Of a stretch of DNA of 64,000 nucleotides, positions 21,494 to 38,391 are shown piece by piece. Origin of the DNA: an uncultured Planctomycetaceae bacterium (lineage in GTDB: Bacteria; Planctomycetota; Planctomycetia; Planctomycetales; Planctomycetaceae); the NCBI GenBank assembly GCA_963813715.1, contig CAWFAK010000016.1, positions 460,069 to 524,068 of the forward strand, written 5' to 3'. Position 1 is the stretch's first letter. Every line of letters begins with the position of its first letter. The notes beneath the pieces were generated by a model. That model worked only from the letters and a program-made list of their open reading frames with translations. It was not told where the DNA came from and did no database searches. The position numbers and the translations under genes were made by a program.

Positions 21494-23680
21494 CTAGTAC
21501 TCGAACTGCTCGCCCTGCTCTTGTTCGACGCCGGCGAATGATGATTTGGCGATTTGCCGGATCTTGCGCGACGACACTTCTTCGCGGAGCCGGTCGAGCG
21601 CGGCGGTGATCGGCATCGTCCCCAGGTCGCCGTCGATGCGGTCGCGGAGGGCGACGGCTTCTGTTTCGGCTTCTTTCGGGCCGACGACCAGCATGTAGGG
21701 GATCAAATCGATCTGGGCATCGCGAATTTTGGCCTGGACCTTGGAGTTGCGGGTGTCGATCGTCACGCGGAAGCCGGCTTCGCGGAAGCGTTGCTCGACT
21801 TGCTTCGCGTAATCGAGCGACTTGTCGGAGAGCGGCAGCACGCGAACCTGCTCCGGAGCGAGCCAGAGCGGAAACGCGCCGGCAAAATGCTCGATCAGCA
21901 CGCCGACGAATCGCTCCATCGAGCCGAACGGGGCGCGGTGGATCATCACCGGGCGATGGGCGTGATTGTCGGCCCCAATGTATTCGAGCTGGAACCGCTC
22001 GGGCAGGTTGTAGTCGAGCTGCACGGTGCCCAGCTGCCATTCGCGGCCCAGGCAATCGCGGACCATGAAGTCAGCCTTGGGGCCGTAGAACGCGGCCTCG
22101 CCCAGCGCTTCGACGTATTTCAATCCCGAACGCTCGAGCACGTTCCGCAGCGCGGCCTCGGCCTTCTGCCAGTTCTCCTCGCTGCCGACGTACTTGTCGC
22201 TGTTGGGATCGCGGAGCGAGAGCTGCACGCGATAATCCTCGAGACCGACCGACTCGAGCACGAACTTCACCAAATCGAGCGTGACGCGGAATTCGTCCTC
22301 GACTTGTTCCGGTGTGCAGAAGAGGTGTGCGTCGTCCTGGGTCAGGCCGCGGACGCGGAGCAGGCCGTTCAGTTCGCCCGACTGCTCGTGCCGATAGACG
22401 GTGCCAAACTCGGCCAGACGCACGGGCAAGTCGCGATAGCTTCGCGGCTCGGCCTTATAGATCTGGATATGGTGCGGGCAGTTCATCGGCTTGAGCAGGT
22501 AGCGCTCGTGCGCGTGCTCCCAGCGACGGAGCACGGCGATTTTGTCCTCGTTCGACGCCGCCGCGTGATAGCCGTCGAGATTCGCCCCCATCACTTCCGC
22601 GGCCGCGATCAGCTTTTTCTCCTGCTCGGTCGCGAGAGTGCCGGCGGTGAGCTGGCGGATCCAGAAGTCGACCAGTTGCCCAGCGTCGTGGCCGAAGAGC
22701 GGCGCGAACTGCGCGTCGCGATAATAGGGAAAGTGGCCGCTAGTCTCGTACATCTCGACGCGGCCGATGTGCGGCGAATAGACCGGCTGGTAGCCGCGAG
22801 CCAACAACTCCTTCTTGATGAACTCTTCCAAGAGGGCACGGACAGTGGCCCCCTTGGGCATCCACAAGATGAGCCCCTGGCCGACGTCGTTGCTGATCGA
22901 AAAGAGGCCGAGCTTTTTGCCCAGCACGCGGTGGTCGCGGCGTTTGGCCTCTTCGACCTGCGTGAGATAGGCCTCGAGCTCGTCCTTCTTGAAGAAGGCA
23001 GTGCCGTAGAGCCGCTGGAGCTGGCGGTTGGCCGCGTCCCCCTTCCAATACGAGCCGGCGACGGTCAGCAGCTTGAACGCCTTGATCCGCCCGGCGTCGG
23101 GAATGTGCGGGCCGCGACACAAGTCGACGAATTCGCCTTGCCGGTAGAAGCTGACGGTTGGATGCTGGGCGAGCCCGGTGTCGATGTGCTCGACCTTCAG
23201 CTCCTGGCTCAGCCCGTCGCAGAATTCGCGGGCTTCTTTGCGATCGAGAATGAACCGCTCGAACGGCTCGGCGTCCTTGACGATCTTCCGCATCTCCTCT
23301 TCGATCCGCGGAAAATCCTCCTCGCTGATTTTGTGCGGGCAGTCGATGTCGTAATAAAAGCCGTTGGCCAGCGTGGGCCCGAAGGCCAGATTGACCTTGG
23401 GAAAGAGCCGCATCACGGCCCGCGCCATCACGTGCGCACACGAATGCCTGAGCACGCCCAGCGCCTCGGCATCGCGATCGGTGAGCAGCTTCAAGTCGAC
23501 CGGCTGCGAAACGTCGGCCACTTCTTTGAGCGGCCGCGCGCTGTCCACGACGGTGCCGTTTGTTTTGGCCGCCAGGACGGCCTGAGCCAGCCGCGAACCG
23601 ATGCTGTTGGCGACGTCGAGGCTGGTACTGTCGTCCGCAAATTCCTTGACCGAACCATCGGGCAGGCGAACCGAAATCAT
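21494..23680 (-). CDS. thrS: threonine--tRNA ligase
   Basis: TGS domain, [37 protein letters not shown]. Confidence 0.99.
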   Translation of the reverse strand: MISVRLPDGSVKEFADDSTSLDVANSIGSRLAQAVLAAKTNGTVVDSARPLKEVADVSQPVDLKLLTDRDAEALGVLRHSCAHVMARAVMRLFPKVNLAFGPTLANGFYYDIDCPHKISEEDFPRIEEEMRKIVKDAEPFERFILDRKEAREFCDGLSQELKVEHIDTGLAQHPTVSFYRQGEFVDLCRGPHIPDAGRIKAFKLLTVAGSYWKGDAANRQLQRLYGTAFFKKDELEAYLTQVEEAKRRDHRVLGKKLGLFSISNDVGQGLILWMPKGATVRALLEEFIKKELLARGYQPVYSPHIGRVEMYETSGHFPYYRDAQFAPLFGHDAGQLVDFWIRQLTAGTLATEQEKKLIAAAEVMGANLDGYHAAASNEDKIAVLRRWEHAHERYLLKPMNCPHHIQIYKAEPRSYRDLPVRLAEFGTVYRHEQSGELNGLLRVRGLTQDDAHLFCTPEQVEDEFRVTLDLVKFVLESVGLEDYRVQLSLRDPNSDKYVGSEENWQKAEAALRNVLERSGLKYVEALGEAAFYGPKADFMVRDCLGREWQLGTVQLDYNLPERFQLEYIGADNHAHRPVMIHRAPFGSMERFVGVLIEHFAGAFPLWLAPEQVRVLPLSDKSLDYAKQVEQRFREAGFRVTIDTRNSKVQAKIRDAQIDLIPYMLVVGPKEAETEAVALRDRIDGDLGTMPITAALDRLREEVSSRKIRQIAKSSFAGVEQEQGEQFEY

Positions 23681-23921
23681 GAGTCAAAAATCCTCGAAAG
23701 TCCGCAACCCGTTTCCGCCTCAACGAATGGCGGCACGCGGGCTTGGGACGGGCCTGCTGGTATATAGCCCAGCAGCGCAGCGAGCGTCAATGACCGCTGA
23801 AATACGACAAATGACGACTCCGGGAGGTAGGACACGAGGCGGGCTGCCGGGGTTCTCCCCCGCGGTTCGTCGCACGCGAGATGCCGGCCCGCCGATCGGT
23901 GACGGATTGACATTACGCGCC

Positions 23922-24043
23922 GGCGAGCCCCCAGTGTGAACTGGGGGGTGCTTCTCTTTGAGCTCGTTTTTTTAATGCTGACCCGGAAGATGCAAACGAA
24001 TCGAAGTCCCACAGCACCATCGGGCTTACGCCCGACGCTCGCC
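23922..24043. repeat. inverted pair of 29-nt REP-like hairpins (GGCGAGC-stem6-loop6-stem6-GGTG)
   Basis: 23922-23950 ggcgagc ccccag tgtgaa ctgggg ggtg; 24015-24043 is the reverse complement of ggcgagc gtcggg cgtaag cccgat ggtg. Confidence 0.8.
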
Positions 24044-24208
24044 GCGTCGATCGTTGTCCCGGGTGGGCGCGGGGCCGCCGTTGATTGCGCTGTCGTTTGG
24101 TGCCGCTCGGCCTGGTGAATTGTGTCCGCAAAGCGGGCGTCGTCTTCGGCTACAATGCGCCAGCGAGCGTCGGCAGGCTTCGTCAACTCTCATCGCGGAG
24201 CAAATGAG

Positions 24209-24520
24209 ATGAACCATCGAGACTGGTTCGGCATCCTGGTACGCGGCTTTGGGCTTTACCTGCTCATTCAAGCGTTGCCCCAGTGCGTCGCGTTGATCAT
24301 CGAGTATCAGTTCGGCGGGCCGGGTTTCAATGGGGGAGGAATGCAAAGGACTTGGTTCGGAGGTGGCATGGGCGGATTGATCTATGTTGGCATTTATCTC
24401 GTGCTAGGGGTGATCATTCTGCGCTTCGCCAACGTGATCGTGCGCTTCGCCTACCCGGGTGAGCAAAACCAGTGGGTTCCACCGACCGATGAGCAGCGTC
24501 CGGCGCCGCCGCGTCTTTAG
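24209..24520 (+). CDS. small two-TM hypothetical protein
   Basis: Two hydrophobic helices; GGAG upstream of the start. Confidence 0.65.
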   Translation: MNHRDWFGILVRGFGLYLLIQALPQCVALIIEYQFGGPGFNGGGMQRTWFGGGMGGLIYVGIYLVLGVIILRFANVIVRFAYPGEQNQWVPPTDEQRPAPPRL

Positions 24521-24532
24521 CACGGCACGGCG

Positions 24533-25415
24533 TCACAATTCATCCAAGCTCCGCGGCCAGTCGTTCTTGAGCAGCCGCGAGAGCGAGCGGTCGGCCAGAA
24601 TTCGGCCGCCGGTTTGGCAGCGGGGGCAGTAGTTCGTTTCGTTGTCGGCGTAGCGAATTCGTTGGACGGGCGCGCCGCAGACGGGGCACGGCTTGCCGAA
24701 ACGGCCGTGGACGGCCATCTCGGGACGGAAGGCCGTGACTTTTTCGGGAAATTTCTCGCCCGCTTGTTCGCGGAGGCGGTCGGTCCATTCGTTGAGCACG
24801 TCGCGGACGGCGTCGAACAGGCGGCGGGTTTCGTCGGGCGACAATTTCTGCGTCTGGGCCAGGGGCGAAAGCTGGCGCGGCGTGCAAGATTTCGTCGGAG
24901 TAGGCGTTGCCGATGCCGCTGAATGAGTGCGGGTCGGCCAGGGCCCGCTTGAGCGTGTGATTTTCCCGCTTGAGCTCGGTCTCGAATTGCTCGAACGATG
25001 CGGAGAGAACTTCGAGGCCGCCGGGATCGAGCTCGGCCACCGCGGCCGCCCCTTGCAAAATCCACAGCCCGGCCCGCCGCTTGGCTCCGGCCTCCGTGAG
25101 CGTGAGGGTGCCGGTCTCGAAGTCGAACGCTGCCAGGTTCTGCTTGCCGGCCAGCTTCGCGCCCGCATCCTTCCAATGCAGGCGGCCGGCGATCATTAAG
25201 TGCAGCACCAGCCACAAATCATCGTCGAGCCCGATGGCGATCCGCTTGCCAATCCGTTTGAGCCCGCGAACTCGTTTGCCTGCGACCGCGCTCAACGGCG
25301 GCTCGAACGTCCGCAGGAGAAACGGGCTGTTGACGCGGACCCGGAGCAACACTTGCCCGAGGATGCGGCGCTCGAGCGCCTCGAGATAGACGGTGATATC
25401 GGGCAGCTCGGGCAT
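24533..25415 (-). CDS. Fpg/Nei-family DNA glycosylase, frameshift near 24880
   Basis: N-terminal [23 protein letters not shown] (H2TH) and CPVC..CPRCQ zinc finger. Confidence 0.93.
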
Positions 25416-25546
25416 CGCGGCGAAGCGCAGGCGAGGGACGAAAGGCGTTCGGCGCAAGACGCACGCCGAACACGGGCGTCCAGCCATCATCGGTCGCCCC
25501 GGCAACCGCTGTCCAGCCGCTGGCGAAACGGCCCGGGCGATGCGCG

Positions 25547-30635
<5,089 letters not shown>

Positions 30636-31037
30636 GGAGGGGTCAAGTTACTCGTGCGCGTTGCGCCGCGTCAAACTGCCCGGACGCGGCTGTTTTCCGC
30701 GCAAAACTACCATGGGAAGAAGGATCGCACTTCCCGTGCCAATGGGTTTGCAGGCCGACTTTGCGTGCGAGAGCCGCATGAATTCCGCAAGGACGCGAGA
30801 GGCGATCGCTCGTCGCTGGCGTACCGCGAACCCGATTGTTCGCGCATCGTCCAAGGGGCGTTCTCAGTCGGTCACTGCTTGGACTTTATTCTCGCGGCGG
30901 ACCACAATGGATACCTGCGGTCCGCCCGCAGATTTTTTCGCGTCCCGTTGCCGACCCGAGCAAGTCTCGGCCAGACTCGGGCGCGTCGATTCACCATCCG
31001 CACGTGCCGTCCCCCCCTTGGTCGGAGTGAGAAGAAA

Positions 31038-32699
31038 ATGCAGCGCAGCGTTCCCCCTCGCTTAACTTTCCCACGTGTTTTACTGGCCGTGGCGGCCGCT
31101 TGGGCCGTGTGCCTGACCGCGCCGCATGTCGTGCAGTCAGCCGAGCCCGGCGTCGAATTGCTCTTTGACGGCGAATCGCTCAAGGGCTGGACGGGCAATC
31201 CGGAGTTCTGGAAGGTTGAGGATGGCACGATCGTCGGCGAAACGACGGTCGAACACCCGACGAAGGGCAACACCTTCCTGCTCAAGGAAGGTTTTAACAC
31301 CAAGGACTTCGACCTGACGCTCGAGTACAAGATTGGCTCCGGCGTGAAGCCGCCGCCGGCCTTCCAGCCCAACTCGGGAATCCAATACCGCAGCTTCGAG
31401 GCGCCCGGCAAGAAGTGGGTCGTTTACGGCTATCAGGCCGACATCGACGCCGGCAATACCTACTCGGGCTCGATCTACGGCGAAGGCTTCCGCGGCATGC
31501 TCGCCGCTCGCGGGCAAAAGACGATCATCGGCGACGATCACAAGGCGAAGGTCGTCGGCACTCTCGGTGAGGGCAGCGACATTCAGTCGCACATCAAGAA
31601 GGACGACTGGAACACCTACCAGATCACGGTCCGCGGCTTCCACTTCGAGCAGCGGATCAACGGCGTGTTGACGGCCGTCTGCGACGACGAAGACAAGACG
31701 ATGCGCCGATCCGAAGGCATCTTGGCGCTGCAGCTGCACGCCGGTGTGCCGATGAAGGTGCAGTTCCGCAACATCAAGTACCGCGAGCTCAAGCCGGAAG
31801 GCTCGACCTCGAACGAGCCGAATGGCAAGCAGAAAAAGATCGTCTTCATCGCGGGTCATCGGAGCCACGGCTATGCCGAGCACGAACATCGCGCCGGCTC
31901 GCTGCTCCTGGCAAAGGCCCTCAACGAGAACGTCCCCCAGGTGCACGCCGTGGTCGTCGAGAACGGCTGGCCCAAGGACGCGAGCATCTTGAATGATGCC
32001 GACTGCATCGTAGTCTATGCCGACGGCGGCGAAGGTCACCCGCTCGTCAAGCACCTGGCCGAATTCGACAAACTGATGAAGCGCGGCGTCGGCCTCGTCT
32101 GCATTCACTACGCGGTCGAGGTTCCCAACGGCGGCGCGGGAGAAGCGATGGAAGAATGGACCGGCGGTTATTTCTCACCGAACTGGTCCGTGAACCCGCA
32201 CTGGACGGCCACTTATAAGTCACTGCCGCAGCATCCGGTCACGCGGGGCGTGCATCCGTTCAAGATCAACGACGAGTGGTACTACCACATGCGGTTTCTG
32301 CCGCAAGGGGATGTGACGCCCATCCTCACCGACCTTCCCCCGAAGAGCAGCGTCGGCAAGGACGGCACGCACAGCGGCAACCCGGCCGTCCGCGCGGCGA
32401 TCGCCAAAGGCGAGCCGCAAACGATGGCCTGGGCCCGCGAGCGACCGGATGGGGGACGGGGCTTCGGCCTCAGCGGCGGCCACGTGCACTGGAACTGGGG
32501 TAACGACAACTTCCGCAAGCTCGTGCTGAACGCCATCGTCTGGGCCGCGCACGTCGACGTGCCGCAGGATGGCGTGCCGTCCCGCCCGCTCACACTGAAA
32601 GAACTCGAGGCCAACCAGGACAAGCCGCAGCCGGCCGACTTCAACCCGGCCCGTATCCAGGCGCTATTGGACCAGTGGCGTGCGGAGAGCGGCTCGTGA
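31038..32699 (+). CDS. secreted DUF1080 plus ThuA-like domain protein
   Basis: LFDGESLKGW, NSGIQYRS, GYQADI, LQLHAG; then IVFIAGHRSHG..HEH, DEWYY, GGHVHWNW. Confidence 0.85.
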   Translation: MQRSVPPRLTFPRVLLAVAAAWAVCLTAPHVVQSAEPGVELLFDGESLKGWTGNPEFWKVEDGTIVGETTVEHPTKGNTFLLKEGFNTKDFDLTLEYKIGSGVKPPPAFQPNSGIQYRSFEAPGKKWVVYGYQADIDAGNTYSGSIYGEGFRGMLAARGQKTIIGDDHKAKVVGTLGEGSDIQSHIKKDDWNTYQITVRGFHFEQRINGVLTAVCDDEDKTMRRSEGILALQLHAGVPMKVQFRNIKYRELKPEGSTSNEPNGKQKKIVFIAGHRSHGYAEHEHRAGSLLLAKALNENVPQVHAVVVENGWPKDASILNDADCIVVYADGGEGHPLVKHLAEFDKLMKRGVGLVCIHYAVEVPNGGAGEAMEEWTGGYFSPNWSVNPHWTATYKSLPQHPVTRGVHPFKINDEWYYHMRFLPQGDVTPILTDLPPKSSVGKDGTHSGNPAVRAAIAKGEPQTMAWARERPDGGRGFGLSGGHVHWNWGNDNFRKLVLNAIVWAAHVDVPQDGVPSRPLTLKELEANQDKPQPADFNPARIQALLDQWRAESGS

Positions 32700-35600
32700 A
32701 GGGGACGGAAGAATCGGCCTGGCGAGCCTGGGGCGTCAGCCCCAGGGTGCTTTACATTTCCGAACTCGCTTGGGCACCCGATGCACCCGCCAGCTTACGC
32801 TGGCGGCTCGCCTGCGCGTTGTGCGCGATGGTGCTCGTGGCACTCAGCCAAGTGCCGCTCTTTGCCCAGGACGAGCACCCACCATCGCAGGCCCTAGCCG
32901 GGCTCGACGTCGGCCCCGGGCTGGAGGCCACGCTCTTCGCCTCTGAGCCGATGATGCTCAGCCCCACCAATATTGACGTCGATGCCCGCGGCCGCGTGTG
33001 GGTCTGCGAGGTCGTCAACTATCGCCATCGCAACGGCGAGCGCCCCGAGGGCGATCGCATCCTGATCCTGGAAGACACCGACGGCGACGGCAAAGCCGAC
33101 AAGTCGACCGTCTTCTACCAGGGACGCGATATCGACTCGGCCATGGGCATCTGCGTGCTCGGCAACCGGGTCATCGTCTCCGTTTCGCCCAACATCTTCG
33201 TCTTCACCGACACCGACGGCGACGGCAAGGCCGACAAGAAGGAAGTCCTCTTCACGAAAACCGGCATTCCGCAGCACGACCACACGGCCCACAAATTCGT
33301 CTTCGGCCCCGACGGACGGCTCTACTGGAACTTCGGCAACGAAGGGCACTCGGTCCACGATCGCAACGGCAACGTTGTGAAGGATATTTTCGGTCGCCCG
33401 GTCGTCGACAAAGGGCAGCCTTTTCACGGCGGCATGGCCTTTCGTTGCGAGCTGGACGGCAGCCGCTTCGAGGTCCTCGCCGACAACTTCCGCAACAACT
33501 ACGAACTGGCCGTCGATTCCTTCGGCGGCTTGTGGCAGTCGGACAACGACGACGACGGCAACCGGGCCGTCCGCATCAACTATCTGCTCGAATACGGCAA
33601 CTACGGCTATCGCGACCAGATGACCGGCGCCGGCTGGCAAACGCCGCGGACCAATCTCGAAGCCACCATCCCCGAGCAGCACTGGCACCAGAACGATCCG
33701 GGCGTCGTCCCCAACTTGCTCGATCACCGGCGCCGGCTCGCCGACGGGCATCGTCGCGTACGAGGGGACGCTGCTGCCGACGCGGTTCCAGGGACAGGTG
33801 ATTCACGCCGACGCCGGGCCGAGTGTCGTGCGTTCCTACGGGATTGTTCCGGATGGAGCCGGCTACCGCTCGACGGCGACCGTCAATTTATTATCGGGAG
33901 CCCGCGATCACTGGTTCCGTCCGTCGGATGTCTGCGTCGCGCCGGACGGCTCGTTGATGGTGGCCGACTGGTACGATCCGGGCGTCGGCGGCCACCACAT
34001 GGGCGACATCAAGCGAGGCCGCATCTATCGCCTCGCGCCGCCGAAGACGCCCTATCGCGTCCCCTCGCACGACTTCAATTCAGTTTCCGGTGCAATCGAA
34101 GCGCTCGGCAGTCCCAACCTGGCGACGCGTTATGTGGCTTGGACCGCTCTGCGCTCACGCGGCGCGCAGGCGGAGGCAGAGCTTGCTCGAGCGTTCGAGA
34201 AATCTGGCAAAGCCACTCAGCGGGCGCGGGCCCTGTGGCTGCTCGCGATGCTGGACGAACGCGGCAGTGACTACATCGCACGCGCCTCGAAAGATTCCGA
34301 TCCCAACATCCGGGTAACCGCCCTGCGGGCTGCGCGGCGTGTCGGTCACGGAAGTCTAGGAACGATCCGAACGTTGGTACACGACGCCTCGCCCGTCGTC
34401 CGTCGCGAATGTGCGATTGCCCTGCGCAACGTGGGGAACGTGGAACGCGCACAACTTTGGACGGAACTCGCACTGGCACATGATGGTCGCGACCGCTGGT
34501 ATCTCGAAGCTCTCGGAATTGGCGCCGACGGCGATTGGGACGCGTGTTTGGCACGTTGGCAAGACGCTTCGTTAGCGCGAAGCTGGGCTGCCGCGGCTGC
34601 CGCCACGAAGGAACCCGGCAAACACGTGAGTGACACCGCAGCCGAGGTGGCCCGACAGAAGGCAGTTCGAGACATTGTGTGGCGCTCGCGCGGCCATCGA
34701 ACGCCGGAGATTTTGGAAGAGCTTCTATTGTCAAAAACGACGCCTCACGAGGAACTGCCTCGCTTGTTGCGGGCGTTCGATTTTCAGCCTGCCCCGGACA
34801 GACAGCAGTCGCTCTTGCGACTCGCATTTGGAGACGCTCGTCCCGACGAGGTTGGTGCGTCGCAGATGATCCGCACGGAAGCGATCTCGCGATTGGATCG
34901 CAAAGACGTGCTGGACGACCCCAGGCATGCCGAGGCGCTCACCGCTCTGGTCAGCTCGCTCAGCGGGACGCCGCGACTCGTGGACTTAATGGAGCGATTT
35001 TGGCTCCCGCGTTATGCGCCGGAAGTGTTGGCCGTCGCTCAAGCAAACTCTCAAGACAGCCTCGGCGTTCGGGCGATGCGCCTGCTGCTGGATGCGGCAG
35101 ACAAGTCCGATCTCGAGGATGCCCTGAAGAGTCGCGATCCAAAAGTCGTCCACGACACAATTGCCGCACTGGCCAGCTCCGCCGATCCACGCTCCGGCAA
35201 ATTTTTGTGGCCCATCGTCGACGACACGAAGCGTCCACTCGAAGTCCGCCGGCAAGCGGTTGGAGCGGCCGCCCAGAGTCGTCGTGGCGCTGTCGAAGCT
35301 CTGGAACGAGCCGAGCACGGCCGACTCGACGCCTCGCTCCGCGAAGCCGCCTCTGCCGCGGCTTACGCCTCCTCATCTGAGGCAATTCGCGCCCGAGCCG
35401 CGAAGGTCTTCCCGTTGCCGCCGTCGGCCGACGCGCGGCCCTTGCCGCCCGTCCGCCAACTAATCCGGCGTCGAGGCGACGTGCGCCAGGGCGAGATCGT
35501 GTTTGCGACCATCGGCACCTGTGCGAAGTGCCACGTCGTGAACGGCCAGGGGCGGGACGTCGGCCCCAATCTCTCCGAAATCGGTGCTAAGCTCAGCCGG

Positions 35601-35945
35601 CCGGCGATCTACGAATCGATCCTGTTCCCGAGCGCGGCGATCAGCCATAATTTCGCGGCTTACACGGTCGTGCTCACCAACGGCAACGTCGTCACGGGAC
35701 TGCTGGTCAGCCGCACGGCCGACTCCATCGCCGTCAAAGGCAACGACGCGATCACTCGCACCTATAAGATGTCGGAAGTCGACGAGGTCAAGGAACAAAG
35801 CGTCTCGCTGATGCCGGCCGATCTCCAGAAGGCAATGACGGCCGACGACCTGGTCAACGTGGTCGAATACCTGACGACGCTCAAGCCGCAGACGCAAAAA
35901 GCGATTTCCGCCCGCTTAAACGGGCAACCGAAGAAACACGAATGA
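32696..35945 (+). CDS. PVC-type heme-binding CxxCH protein (beta-propeller dehydrogenase-like, HEAT repeats, cytochrome c), frameshift near 33722
   Basis: LEDTDGDGKADK, FRNNYE, FRPSDV..PDG..ADWYD, CAKCH, VGPNLS; GTGA overlap with the upstream stop. Confidence 0.9.
32721..32812. repeat. inverted pair of 29-nt REP-like hairpins (same family as 23922-24043)
   Basis: ggcgagc ctgggg cgtcag ccccag ggtg, and the reverse complement of ggcgagc cgccag cgtaag ctggcg ggtg. Confidence 0.8.
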
Positions 35946-35992
35946 CGACGGAATGCCGCGACCCGTTCCGCCGCGTTAATTTGGACAACTGA

Positions 35993-36942
35993 ATGCGAAC
36001 GATTCTAGTCACCGGCGGTGCCGGCTTTGTCGGCAGCCACCTCTGCGACCGGTTGATCGAGCGGGGCGACAACGTGCTCTGCCTCGACAACTTCTTCACG
36101 GGCAGCCGCAACAACGTCGAGCAGCTGATTTCTCGGCCGCACTTCGAGCTGATCCGCCACGACATCGTTCGCCCCGTGTTCCTGGAAGTCGACCAGGTTT
36201 ATAACCTCGCCTGCCCCGCCTCTCCCGAGGCGTATCAGTCCAATCCGATCAAGACGATCAAGACGTCGACGGTCGGCATGGTGAACGTGCTGGGGCTGGC
36301 CAAACGGTGCTCGGCCCGCATCCTGCACGCTTCGACTTCGGAAGTTTACGGCGATCCCCAGGTCCACCCGCAGACGGAGGACTACTGGGGCCACGTCAAT
36401 CCGATTGGTCCGCGGAGTTGTTACGACGAAGGCAAGCGCGTCGCCGAGTCGCTGTGCGTCAACTATCACCTGGCGCATCGAGTCCAGGTGCGGATCGTTC
36501 GCATCTTTAATACGTACGGCCCGAGGATGGCCCGCGACGACGGCCGCGTGATCTCCAACTTCATCGTGCAGGCGCTCCGCGGCGAAGCCGCTGACGATTT
36601 ACGGCGACGGCCGCCAGACCCGCTCCTTCTGCTATCGTCGAAGACCTGGTGGAGGGGCTGATCCGCATGATGGATCAAAATGAAACGACGGGCCCGGTCA
36701 ACCTGGGCAACCCGGTCGAAACATCGATGCTCGAACTGGCCCAGACCGTGCTGCGGCTGACCGGATCGAAGTCGGAGCTGAAATTCATGCCGCTGCCGCA
36801 GGACGATCCGAAGCAGCGCTGCCCCGACATCAGCCGGGCCAAGAAGGTGCTGGGCTGGGCGCCGCGCGTCTCCCTCGAGAGCGGGCTGACGAAAACGATC
36901 GCGTATTACCGGGCCCTGCTCGAGAAAGATCCCCAGCCATGA
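35993..36942 (+). CDS. uxs: UDP-glucuronic acid decarboxylase, frameshifts near 36590-36640
   Basis: [42 protein letters not shown]. Confidence 0.92.
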
Positions 36943-37853
36943 ACGTGCCGGCCGAGGGCTCCGCGCCTCTTCGAAAGGGCATCATTCTGGCGGGCGGAGC
37001 GGGCACGCGCCTGCACCCGGCCACGCGCGTCGTCAGCAAGCAGCTCTTGCCCGTTTACGACAAGCCGATGATCTTTTATCCGCTGTCCACGCTGATGCTG
37101 GCGGGGATGCGGCAAATTCTGATCATCAGCACGCCCGTCGACTTGCCCATGTTCGAGCGGCTGTTGGGCGACGGCTCGCAGTGGGGACTGGAGCTGTCGT
37201 ACGCCGAGCAGCCGAATCCCGGGGGGCTGGCGCAAGCTTTTCTGATTGGCGAGAAGTTTCTCGCGGGCGACCTGTCCTGCCTGGTGCTCGGCGACAACAT
37301 CTTTTACGGCGAGAACTTGAGCCAGAACCTCCGCCGCGCGGCCGAGCGCACTTCGGGCGCGACGGTTTTCGCCTACCACGTCGCCGATCCCGAGCGTTAC
37401 GGCGTGGTCGTGCTCGACGCTGACGGCCGCCCCGTCGACATCGAGGAGAAGCCCAAGCAGCCCCGCTCCAGCTACGCGGTGACCGGTCTCTACTTCTATG
37501 ACCGGGACGTCTGCGAGATCGCCAAATCGCTCAAGCCGTCGCCGCGGGGCGAGTTGGAGATCACCGATCTCAACCGCCGCTATCTCGAAGCGGGCCGGCT
37601 CACGGTGGAGATCTTTGGCCGCGGCACGGCGTGGCTCGACACGGGCACGCACGAGTCGCTCTTGGAAGCGGGCACTTTCGTGCACGTGCTCGAGGCGCGA
37701 CAGGGGCTCAAGGTTTCCTGTCTGGAAGAGATTGCGTATCGCATGGGTTACATCGGCAAGGATGAGGTCCGCCGTCTTGCCGAGCCGATGCGCAATAACA
37801 GCTACGGGCGCTATCTCCTGAGGCTGATCGAGGCCAACGACCCGCACATTTGA
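36939..37853 (+). CDS. rfbA: glucose-1-phosphate thymidylyltransferase
   Basis: [46 protein letters not shown]. Confidence 0.97.
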   Translation: MNVPAEGSAPLRKGIILAGGAGTRLHPATRVVSKQLLPVYDKPMIFYPLSTLMLAGMRQILIISTPVDLPMFERLLGDGSQWGLELSYAEQPNPGGLAQAFLIGEKFLAGDLSCLVLGDNIFYGENLSQNLRRAAERTSGATVFAYHVADPERYGVVVLDADGRPVDIEEKPKQPRSSYAVTGLYFYDRDVCEIAKSLKPSPRGELEITDLNRRYLEAGRLTVEIFGRGTAWLDTGTHESLLEAGTFVHVLEARQGLKVSCLEEIAYRMGYIGKDEVRRLAEPMRNNSYGRYLLRLIEANDPHI

Positions 37854-38046
37854 AAACTGTTCCGCATATCTGAAAACTCTTCCCAGTCTTCTGTCCCCCG
37901 CGCATCCTCTCCACCATTCCGCGCGGCTGGCCCTCCCGGCAGACCTGTCGGCGTCAAGGTCGCATCCATTTTTCGCACGCGGCACGCCCGAAAAAACCGG
38001 CCCTCGGTTTGACGTAACCGCCTTGCGAATTAATGGTTTGTGCGAC

Positions 38047-38075
38047 TAAAGCGGTCGTTCGAATGCCGCCGATAG
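38047..38075 (+). promoter_or_regulatory. possible sigma-28-like promoter
   Basis: TAAA-N17-GCCGATAG; spacer is longer than the canonical 15. Confidence 0.3.
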
Positions 38076-38391
38076 ATTGGTCCAGTCCTTCAAAGACCGA
38101 GAGTGAAGGACGTACCTCATGTACCGCCTGGAAGTGCGGCTCGGGTGGGGAACCTGAGCCCAAACAGGGGGCCAATGAAGGCTCTCCCTGCGTGGTTAAA
38201 AACGTTTTGTCGTCTCAGCGGCGCGACTGCGGTCGGTAACTCGGAATTAGCGACGCGCGTCGCCGGGCGGCCTCGATCTCCGAACCAGATCCGAGGCCAC
38301 GAGTGCCCACGAACAAAATTTTTGCCGGCACGTCGCCGACCGATGGAGACGGCCCACGAATCCGAATCCCAAGGGAAGGAGACTCTGCGTC

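Noticed and set aside
21554..23767. Long antisense or alternate-frame ORFs (737 aa here; also 57335..59905, 27801..29393 and 38410..40020)
   Set aside because: Shadow ORFs expected opposite high-GC3 genes; no recognisable motifs.
34075..35380. Weaker codon bias in the middle of the PVC heme protein as a foreign insertion
   Set aside because: The frame is continuous and corresponds to the fast-evolving HEAT-repeat linker; no boundaries or repeats seen.
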